50,193 nt of DNA. Origin: a virus (Duplodnaviria > Caudoviricetes). The notes beneath the pieces are model-generated. The model searched no databases, was not told where the DNA came from, and worked only from the letters and a program-made list of their open reading frames with translations. Below, piece after piece: positions 25,098 to 32,900 of this stretch (within the stretch, counting starts at the first letter, position 1; each line of letters opens with the position of its first letter). The stretch spans positions 1-50,193 of the IMG/VR virus record IMGVR_UViG_3300037439_000206; one strand, given 5' to 3'. The position numbers were made by a program, and so were the translations under genes.

Positions 25098-25625
25098 ACG
25101 TGGATCACGTGCGAGTGCCGTCCAACTGCATCGGGTGCGTCACGGCCGCGGACGTCGACATGGTCGAGCACGGTGCGTACGTCGTGCACGTGCACCCCGC
25201 GTGCCCGGTACACAGCGAGCTCGTGCAGCTTCGGGCCGAGGTACGGCGCCTGCGGTCGGGTGCCACCGGGCAGTGCAAGGTCACCGAGGAGTGGACACAC
25301 CTGCCCGGCACCAACGTGGAGATCCGACTCCGCCCGCCGATGCGATCCGGCTACGTCGGGTACCGGACGGAGGTGGGGTCGTGAACACCGACGAGGCGCT
25401 GGAGCGTGCCGACGAGATCGATGGCATGTTCGCCGTGCCGACGGTCTCAGGCGCGCTCGCGGCCGAGGTGCGGCGGCTGCGGGCGGTCACGCGCGAACAA
25501 CTGCCTCGGGTCGAACAGGTCTCCGAGCAGATCAACGCCGAGCACGAGTTCCTGTCCGAGATCTTGGACGACGCCGTGCACGCCTGGCGGACTGCGCTCG
25601 GCGGGACGGAGGTCGGGTCGTGAAC
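25077..25625 (+). repeat. Three copies of junction repeat GGACG(A)GAGGTSGGGTCGTGAAC, plus a degenerate copy at 24141-24160
   Basis: Copies at 25077-25099, 25365-25386 and 25604-25625; each encodes EVGS-stop overlapping GTG-AAC. Confidence 0.85.
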
Positions 25626-25985
25626 GTGGACGAGGCGCTGGAGATGGCTGAGACCTGGACCGCACTGCCGGACGCGAACGGGGCCGCGCACACGCTCGCG
25701 GCCGAGGTGCGGCGGCTGCACACCTGGGACGGGCTGATGTCCTTGCTCGACGAGCACTACCCGTCCGACGTCATGACGGGCGAGTCAGGGGATCCCGGTC
25801 CGCGGATCCTGCGCCTGACGCGAGAGGTGCACCTGCTCAAGCTCGTGGTGGACCAACTCCGCGCCATGCGCGATCGAGCCGAACGGGTTCGTGACATGGC
25901 GGACGCGCACCCGGGCTACGGCAAAGGACGCGGGCAGGCCGCGCGGGAGATCCTCGGCGAGTCCACAACCGACGGGGGCGCGTAG
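25094..25985 (+). CDS. Three array genes (25094-25384, 25381-25623, 25620-25985) sharing an LxAEVRRL motif
   Basis: Each starts GTG AAC within the repeat. Confidence 0.75.
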
Positions 25986-26056
25986 ACGTCCCGGGTACCG
26001 TACGAGCACCTGGCCGGACGCTCCCCCCGTCCCCGGCCGAGTGCCTGACAAACGAA

Positions 26057-26087
26057 AGCGGCGGACCCGTGTGATGGGTCCGCCGCT
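26057..26087. terminator. Hairpin upstream of the primase gene (terminator-like on the minus strand)
   Basis: 12-bp stem AGCGGCGGACCC/GGGTCCGCCGCT preceded by AAACGAA. Confidence 0.6.
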
Positions 26088-26113
26088 CCACAGCCTCTTG
26101 CGAAAGGCAGTTC

Positions 26114-28300
26114 ATGTTCCCACATCCGGACCCCACCGCGAAGGGTGATCCCGCTCAACCCGTCCTCGACCTGGCCGCGGTGCACGAGGAACTGAGCCGC
26201 TACCACGACGCACCCGGCCTGGTCTGCGTCTGGTCGGTCCCGTCCAAGCGCTCGTACACGTTCGCGACCGACAACGCCTCGTTGGTCGCGGCCGCGCAGC
26301 GGATCCGCGACTTGGACGTACAGGGCGAGCACTCGATCTACGTGCAGGGCACCACGCTGGCGCGCGACGTGCCGGCCGGCCGGCGGGGCAGCAACGACAA
26401 CGTGGCCGCGTACATGGGCGTCCAGTTCGACGTCGACTACGGCAAGGTGCTCACGCCCGAGGAATCGGCCAAGGACCCCCGGCCGTACGCGCCGGACCTG
26501 GAGACCGTGCTGCGGCTGCTCGACAAGGCCGACCTGCCGCGCCCGACCGTCACCATCGGGTCGGGCCACGGCGTCTACCCGCGGTGGGACTTCGCCGAGC
26601 CCTCGGCGGACATGGACGGTGCACGTCGGCTTGCGCTGGACATGGCCGCCGAGATCCGCCGCGTGTTCGACGAGGCGGGATACCGACTGGACCGCCACCT
26701 GGGCAAGGACCCGGCCCGGGTCTGGCGGGTACCGGGCACGGTCAACCGCAAGGCCGAGTACGACCAGGCCGTGCCGTGCCGGGTGCTGCGCAACGGCGGG
26801 CCGCATCACCGGCTGGCCGAGCTGCGCGCGGCCGTGCACGGAATCGACCAGTCCGAGGGATCGGCGCCGGCGAGCGGGTCGCGGCTCGTGCGGGCCGATG
26901 GCGGCCACTCGTTCTCCGACGAACAGGCCCGGTCCTACGTGGCGCGCGAGGCCTGGGATCGGCTCCGCGACGCCCGGCACCACGTGGACGTCAACGACTC
27001 GCTCAATGAGGCGTCGGTCGTGGTCGGCCACTTCGTGCGGGACTGGTACGAGGGCGACGCCGCGTCGGCCGCGCTGCGCGTCGCGCAGAAGTACCGCGAG
27101 CTGGTGTGTCGGCGCTATGGCTGGCCGGACCTGGACGAGACGGACGTGGCGACGATCCGGTCCGGGCTCACGCACGGCGCACAGGAGCCCTACACGCGCC
27201 GGAAGGAAATGCCCGCGGACGAGGTTTTCGGCGCTCCTGGAGCACCTGAGGGCTCATCCTGGGCAGCTGTGGACCTGGGGCCGTACCTGCGTGGCGAGGT
27301 CGAGCGGCCTCGGCCATCGGTCGGGGCCACGCGCGAGGACGGGCTGTGCTTCCTGTACCCGGGCCGCGAACACGCGTGCATCGGCGAGATGGAGTCGGGC
27401 AAGAGCTGGTTCGCCATCGCGTGCGCGGCGGCCGAGCTGCGCAAGGGCAACCGCGTGGAGTACATCCACTTCGAGGAGGCGGACCCCCAGGGGACCGTGG
27501 ATCGCCTGGTCGGGATCGGCGTGTCGGTCGAGCGGATTCAGGCGGGGTTCACCTTCCGCGGGCCGGAGACCCCGATCACGGCCGACATCGTGGACGAGAT
27601 CAGGCGCGTCCCGCCGTCGCTGGTCATCCTGGACGGGCAGAACGAGGCCATGGCGCTGCACGGCCAGGAGATCCGCGAGGAGAAGGGGCCGGCCGAGTAC
27701 CGGCGCAAGCTCGTGAAGCCGTTCACGGCGATGGGCGCGGCGGTGCTCTCGCTCGACCACGTGGTCAAGGACAAGGACCAGAGCCGCAACGGCTACGCCC
27801 TGGGCTCGATCATGAAGGGGAACGGGCTGTCCGGCTCGCTCATCCTGCTCGAGGGCAAGGACCCGTTCGGGCAGGGCCGCAAGGGCGCCTCGCACGTGTT
27901 CGTGACCAAGGACCGGCCGGGCTCGCTGCGCACCGGCGGGCGGGCGACGGGTGTGGCGCGCAAGTTCTACATGGGCACGTTGGTCGTGGACGGCACCGGC
28001 GGCGAAGTGGCGCTGCGGCTGACCGTGCCGCCCGACGAGCTCGATCCCGATGACGACTTCGGGGCCGCCGCGCTGCGGCGGCAGGACGAGGCCGTGTTCG
28101 CGGCCCTCCAACGGTTGGAGGCCGCGGACGAGCCGGCGACCCAGCAACAGGTGTACACGGCGGCGCGCGAGTCGTACCCGCTCCGGAAGGAGGCGGCGGC
28201 CTCTTCACTGCTCCGACTCAACGAGGCGGGCCGGGTCAAGGTCCGTCTCGGAGCCCGTGGATCGAAGATCTACACGACCTGTTCCCGGGAAGATCAATGA
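26114..28300 (+). CDS. DNA primase (AEP/RepB-like) fused to a RecA-like/AAA helicase
   Basis: FDVD, SGHGVYPRW and ARVWRVPGTVNRK primase motifs; GEMESGKS Walker A, LVILD Walker B, LDHVVK. Confidence 0.9.
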   Translation: MFPHPDPTAKGDPAQPVLDLAAVHEELSRYHDAPGLVCVWSVPSKRSYTFATDNASLVAAAQRIRDLDVQGEHSIYVQGTTLARDVPAGRRGSNDNVAAYMGVQFDVDYGKVLTPEESAKDPRPYAPDLETVLRLLDKADLPRPTVTIGSGHGVYPRWDFAEPSADMDGARRLALDMAAEIRRVFDEAGYRLDRHLGKDPARVWRVPGTVNRKAEYDQAVPCRVLRNGGPHHRLAELRAAVHGIDQSEGSAPASGSRLVRADGGHSFSDEQARSYVAREAWDRLRDARHHVDVNDSLNEASVVVGHFVRDWYEGDAASAALRVAQKYRELVCRRYGWPDLDETDVATIRSGLTHGAQEPYTRRKEMPADEVFGAPGAPEGSSWAAVDLGPYLRGEVERPRPSVGATREDGLCFLYPGREHACIGEMESGKSWFAIACAAAELRKGNRVEYIHFEEADPQGTVDRLVGIGVSVERIQAGFTFRGPETPITADIVDEIRRVPPSLVILDGQNEAMALHGQEIREEKGPAEYRRKLVKPFTAMGAAVLSLDHVVKDKDQSRNGYALGSIMKGNGLSGSLILLEGKDPFGQGRKGASHVFVTKDRPGSLRTGGRATGVARKFYMGTLVVDGTGGEVALRLTVPPDELDPDDDFGAAALRRQDEAVFAALQRLEAADEPATQQQVYTAARESYPLRKEAAASSLLRLNEAGRVKVRLGARGSKIYTTCSREDQ

Positions 28301-28528
28301 TCTATCCCCTCCGCGACCTGTTCCTGTTCCCCTGTCCCCTACAGCGGGGGACACGGGAACAGGTCACTGACCTGTTCCGGGAACAGGTGGGAACAGGTGG
28401 GAACAGGTCAGGTGAGGGCGCCCTAAAAGTGCCCTTGACCTGCGAAAACGTCGAAACGATCAGCTGAAGATCAAACACAAGATCGACCGAAAACGCCCTG
28501 ACCTGCAGGGATCAGGTCGGGAACAGGT
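28277..28528. repeat. GGGAACAGGT iteron-like cluster, putative replication origin
   Basis: Direct copies at 28355, 28379, 28389, 28399 and 28519; inverted copies at 28277, 28316 and 28370. Confidence 0.75.
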
Positions 28529-28553
28529 CGTCAATGGCTGAAAAGAGGGACCT

Positions 28554-29291
28554 GTGAGCTGTGCCCTGGGCGACCGCCGGAGCGCCGATGTCGGGCTGGT
28601 CTGCTACCACCACCACGACCGGCTGGCCGACCTGCTGGACCCACGCAACACCGGCAGCGTGTTCGACATCGACCGCCCCGAGGACCAACGGGTGGTCGCG
28701 TCCATCCCGGTGCTGTATCGCCGGCTGAGCGCCCGGCGTGGCGGCGCCGGACTCGCCGCGTTCGGCCCGCCCGCGTTCGACTCCCGCTCGCCGGCCGACG
28801 ACACCGTGCTGGTGCTGCGGGACGAGCGCTCGCGGCCGGACGTGCTCGGGCCGGACGACGTCGAGCGCGCACCGCGCCCGACGCTGATCGCCCTGCGCTG
28901 GATCGTCCGGGAGCTCGACGGCCCCCGGCCCACGACCGTCGCCGGTGCCTCCTCGTGGCTGTACGGCTCGCTGAGAGCGTTGGTGGCCGTCCCGTGGGTC
29001 ACCGACGCCTGGACCGAGCTTCGTGGCCTCTCCGGCGCTTTGAGGGCCGCTTTGGGGGATCCGCCACCGTCCTCGGTCGGCACCTGCCGGATCGTGGTCG
29101 ACGACGAGGGCCGGGAAGACCCGCACGGCGCCTGGCGTTGCGCCGCGCCGCTGTACCTGCCCGAGCTGCCGCCGCGGGCGATGGACGAGCCGTTCGCGCC
29201 CCCGGCCCTGCGCTGCTCGAGCTGCGGGCATCGCTACACCGGTGGCGAACTGGTCGAGATCGCCCGCAACCCGCTGGCGGTCGCAGGGTGA
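28554..29291 (+). CDS. Zinc-finger-containing protein, possible late regulator
   Basis: N-terminal C...CYHH, C-terminal CR...C and CSSCG motifs. Confidence 0.75.
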   Translation: MSCALGDRRSADVGLVCYHHHDRLADLLDPRNTGSVFDIDRPEDQRVVASIPVLYRRLSARRGGAGLAAFGPPAFDSRSPADDTVLVLRDERSRPDVLGPDDVERAPRPTLIALRWIVRELDGPRPTTVAGASSWLYGSLRALVAVPWVTDAWTELRGLSGALRAALGDPPPSSVGTCRIVVDDEGREDPHGAWRCAAPLYLPELPPRAMDEPFAPPALRCSSCGHRYTGGELVEIARNPLAVAG

Positions 29292-29614
29292 AAATCGACC
29301 ACCAACTGGACGGGACCACGATCGCCGACACGATGGCGATCGCAGCTCTGTTCGCCAGGCCGCGAGCTACCGTGCGGCGGTACTGCCGACGCCATCCCGG
29401 CGGCTATGACGTGGCCGTGTGCGAGGTGGTCCTGAACACCGCCCCGGACCTGATCCTGATCACCGCCCGGGACGCGCAGCGGTACCTGAACATCCCGGCC
29501 GGCACCGTGCGTGCGTGGGCCTGCCGGGCCGCGATCCGCAGCTACGACCACACGGCCGAGGGCCGGCCGCTGTACGACGTCGGGGACCTGCTCCGACTGA
29601 AGGAGAACGGATGA
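29288..29614 (+). CDS. Tandem MerR-like HTH protein
   Basis: IPAGTVRAWACR...GRPLYDVGDL. Confidence 0.75.
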   Translation: MKIDHQLDGTTIADTMAIAALFARPRATVRRYCRRHPGGYDVAVCEVVLNTAPDLILITARDAQRYLNIPAGTVRAWACRAAIRSYDHTAEGRPLYDVGDLLRLKENG

Positions 29615-30202
29615 CCAGCTACGGCATGTCACCGACCGTCCGATGCCCCGGTTGCACGCAGGCGATCGAGATCGATCACCAGGTGCACCGCACGCTTGAC
29701 GGGAACAAGCTCTACGTCCCGATCCAGAGCGAGACCTCGGCGCTGGCCGAGCACATGGACGAGTGTCCGAACGTCGAGAGGGGCGAGCAGTGAAGAACCA
29801 GCCCGTACCGGACATGACCCCGATGCTCGAAGCGAGCATCACCATGTTCGAGATCTTCGAGTCTTACGTGAACGCCGGGTTCAGCCGCGAGGAAGCGCTG
29901 CAGATCGTCATCGGGATCATGACCCATGGAATGGGGAGCAGCCAGTGATCGACAACTTTGCCCCGCAGCCGTACCCGCTCGAGTGCTCGGTCGACGGCGA
30001 GACCTGGGAGCTGGTGATCGGCTGGCGGAAGGAGCCGACCGGCGAGGTCCGGCCGCTCACCGCGGACCAGGGCGGCGTGCAGTACCGCGTTGTGCAGAAC
30101 CCACAAAACGCCCGGTTCGTGTCCTCGACGTCCTCGCCCTCCATGTCGCCCAAGACCGTGGGCCGTCCTGAGCGTGCCGCCAAGCGCCCTACCAGCGAGT
30201 GA
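29611..30202 (+). CDS. Three small coupled hypothetical genes (29611-29793, 29790-29948, 29945-30202)
   Basis: ATGA/GTGA overlaps and RBSs. Confidence 0.65.
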
Positions 30203-30353
30203 CCCCGTTTTGACCGCGCCCTGACCTGCGTGCAACACTGCGCCCGGCCCCGTCTGTCCTGGATCCCCTCCCGGCGACGGGGCCGATCGCTTTTGTAGGA
30301 ATCCCACAACGAGCGTTGCCGGAAGTCCATACATCTCGCGGGGAGGTGCCCCG

Positions 30354-30791
30354 ATGGCCCGCACCGGACGGCCGCCCTCGATCGAGGCCGCAGAGAAGCG
30401 TCGGGACGCGCTCCTGGCTCGTCAGCGTGGCCACTCCTGGGCCGAGGTCGGGCGCATCGTCGGGTACGCGGACGCGAGCAGCGCGCAGCGAGCCGCCATG
30501 CAGGCCCTGCGCGACATCCCCCGCGAGGCGGCCGACGAGCTGCGCAAGGTCGAGCTGGAGACGCTCAACGAGCTGCAGGTCGCACTGCGCGCGAAGCTCG
30601 AGGAGAAGCCCTCCGCGTTCCTGGTCGACTCCATCCTGAGGATCATGGAGCGGCGCGCGAAGATGCTCGGTATCGACGCTCCGCTGGCCATCCGTACCGA
30701 AGTCGTGACCGTGGACGCGGTCGACGCCGAGATCCAGCGGCTGGAGGCGCAGCTCGAGCAGAGCAGCACCGTCACCGAGGAGTCCAGATGA
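30354..30791 (+). CDS. terS: Terminase small subunit (TerS-1)
   Basis: N-terminal HTH (GHSWAEVGRIVGY), ERRAKMLGIDAP; first gene of the virion operon. Confidence 0.8.
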   Translation: MARTGRPPSIEAAEKRRDALLARQRGHSWAEVGRIVGYADASSAQRAAMQALRDIPREAADELRKVELETLNELQVALRAKLEEKPSAFLVDSILRIMERRAKMLGIDAPLAIRTEVVTVDAVDAEIQRLEAQLEQSSTVTEESR

Positions 30792-30943
30792 TCGTGCTCG
30801 GGATAATCCTGCTCGTCCTCGGTCTCGTGACCGGGATGTCGATCCTGTACACGCTCGGCGTGATCCTGATCGTGATCGGCATCGTGCTGCTCGCCCTGGG
30901 CGCGTCCGGGCGCGCCATCGGCGGTCGGAGCCACTGGTACTGA
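30788..30943 (+). CDS. Small membrane protein, DUF6131-like
   Basis: Translated by hand: MIVLGIILLVLG...GRAIGGRSHWY. Confidence 0.75.
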   Translation: MIVLGIILLVLGLVTGMSILYTLGVILIVIGIVLLALGASGRAIGGRSHWY

Positions 30944-30957
30944 CGACGGGGGGCAGC

Positions 30958-32454
30958 GTGAAGACCGAAGCCGCGCCCATCCGGATCGAAGCACCGCTCG
31001 ACAAGCTGCGCCGACTGCGCGAGCTTCAGCGCCAGGTAGACGAGCTGCATTGGGCAGATGCACAACGCTGGCGCGAGGACGGCTCGGCCTGGGTGCGCGA
31101 GCGCCTGGACGAGCACGTCTGGTCCAAGCAGGACGAGGTGCTGGCCGGCATCCGCGACCACCGGCGCACCGCGGTCCGCTCCTGCCACGGCGTGGGCAAG
31201 AGCCACATCGCCAGCCGAGCGGTGGCGTGGTGGCTGGACACCAACAGGCCCGGCGAGGCGTTCGTGGTCACCACCGCGCCCACCTTCGCGCAGGTGCGGG
31301 CCATCCTCTGGCGCTACATCCGCCAGGCGCACCGCAAAGGCGCGTTGTCCGGCCGGGTCAACCAGACCGAGTGGTCGATCGACGGCGAGCTGGTCGCGTT
31401 CGGGCGCAAGCCCGCCGACCACGACGAGGGCGCGTTCCAGGGCATCCACGCCAAGCACGTGCTCGTGATCCTGGACGAGGCCTGCGGCATCCCCGAGGAC
31501 CTCTGGATCGCCGCGGACGCGCTCACCACCAACCCGGGCTGCCGGATGCTGGCCATCGGCAACCCTGACAACTCCTCGAGCCACTTCGCCCGGGTCTGCA
31601 AGCCGACCTCGATGTGGCACCAGATCGGCATCTCGGCCTACGACTCGCCCAACTTCACCGGCGAGCAGGTGCCCACCGAGCTGGCCGAGCTCCTGATCCA
31701 CCCGGACTGGGCCGAGGAGAAGCGCCTGGAGTGGGGCGAGGACAACCCCATCTACCGGGCCAAGGTGCTCGGCGAGTTCTCGGCCGACGACCCCGGCAAG
31801 GTGGTGCGGTTCTCCGATGTCGCCTCCTGCCGGATGCCTCAGGACACACCGCGTACCGCCGTCGAGCTCCTACCGATCGAGCTCGGTGTCGACGTCGGTG
31901 GTGGCGGCGACGAGACCGTCATCCGGGAGCGGCGTGGCCCGGTCGCAGGCCGGGAGTGGCGCGAGCGCAGCGATCAGCCGAACACGATCGCGCCCCTGGT
32001 GCTGCGGGCCATCCGGGAGACCGGCGCCACCCGCGTAAAGATCGACTCCACCGGCATCGGCTGGGGGCTCGTCGGCGAGCTGGTCAACCTCGGTGCCACC
32101 GGCGCGCACCAGGCCGTCATCGTCGGCGTGAACGCGGCCGAGGCCAGCCTCGAACCCGAGGTGTACAAGAACGCCCGCGCCGCCATGTGGTGGATGGCCC
32201 GGCTGCACTCCCAAGAGCGCACCTGGGACCTGTCCACCATGGAGAACGCGGACGCGACCGTGGCGCAACTCCTTGAACCGGGCTGGCTCCTGGACCTGCA
32301 GGGCCGGATCCAGGTCGAGAAGAAGGAAGACGTCATCGAGCGGCTCGGCCGCTCCCCGGACAACGCCGATGCGCTGTTGTTGGCGTACTACAACCCGCCC
32401 GGCGACGCGGCCTCCGCGCTCGACTGGCTCGCGCAATCGAAACGTGCAGCGTGA
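30958..32454 (+). CDS. terL: Terminase large subunit (TerL-1)
   Basis: SCHGVGKS Walker A, LVILDEA Walker B, IGNP, GVDVG...DET and SPDNADA motifs. Confidence 0.93.
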   Translation: MKTEAAPIRIEAPLDKLRRLRELQRQVDELHWADAQRWREDGSAWVRERLDEHVWSKQDEVLAGIRDHRRTAVRSCHGVGKSHIASRAVAWWLDTNRPGEAFVVTTAPTFAQVRAILWRYIRQAHRKGALSGRVNQTEWSIDGELVAFGRKPADHDEGAFQGIHAKHVLVILDEACGIPEDLWIAADALTTNPGCRMLAIGNPDNSSSHFARVCKPTSMWHQIGISAYDSPNFTGEQVPTELAELLIHPDWAEEKRLEWGEDNPIYRAKVLGEFSADDPGKVVRFSDVASCRMPQDTPRTAVELLPIELGVDVGGGGDETVIRERRGPVAGREWRERSDQPNTIAPLVLRAIRETGATRVKIDSTGIGWGLVGELVNLGATGAHQAVIVGVNAAEASLEPEVYKNARAAMWWMARLHSQERTWDLSTMENADATVAQLLEPGWLLDLQGRIQVEKKEDVIERLGRSPDNADALLLAYYNPPGDAASALDWLAQSKRAA

Positions 32455-32466
32455 CGAGAGGAACCC

Positions 32467-32760
32467 ATGTCAGCACTCGAAGCCGTCGACGCAGAGTCCG
32501 AGGCCGTCAGGACCGGCTTCCGGATCACGCTCGACTACATGAAGTCGCACGTGGCCAGCGCCGAGAACATCGAGCGCGGCGTACTGAACATCTGCCTCAT
32601 GCAGATGGACAACGGCTACTGGCTGGTCGGGAAGTCGGCCCCGGTCGACCCGTCGAACTACAACGCCGAGTACGGCCGCCAGCTGGCCTACGACGACGCG
32701 CTTCGCCAGGCATGGCCGCTGTACGCCTTCGCCCACCTGGAGACGACGAACAAGGCGTGA
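32467..32760 (+). CDS. Gp49/Gp66-like phage protein
   Basis: ICLMQMDNGYWLVGKSAPVDPSNYNAEYGRQLAY...AWPL pattern. Confidence 0.8.
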   Translation: MSALEAVDAESEAVRTGFRITLDYMKSHVASAENIERGVLNICLMQMDNGYWLVGKSAPVDPSNYNAEYGRQLAYDDALRQAWPLYAFAHLETTNKA

Positions 32761-32900
32761 TTGGGGTCGGCCGCCGAGAGGGCAACGCCCCCGCAGTAAC
32801 GCGCACGCCACCCTGCGGGTCGCTCGACGCTTCTACTGGCCCACGTGTTCGCCCCTGGGCTCGCCTTCCGATCGACACGATAGAGCAGGGGCGGTGAGTC

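Noticed and set aside
32761-32900. Possible ribozyme or structured ncRNA between the gp49-like gene and the portal (also 25986-26113)
   Set aside because: Short stems are present but I could not fit hammerhead or HDV cores; an Infernal/Rfam search would be needed.
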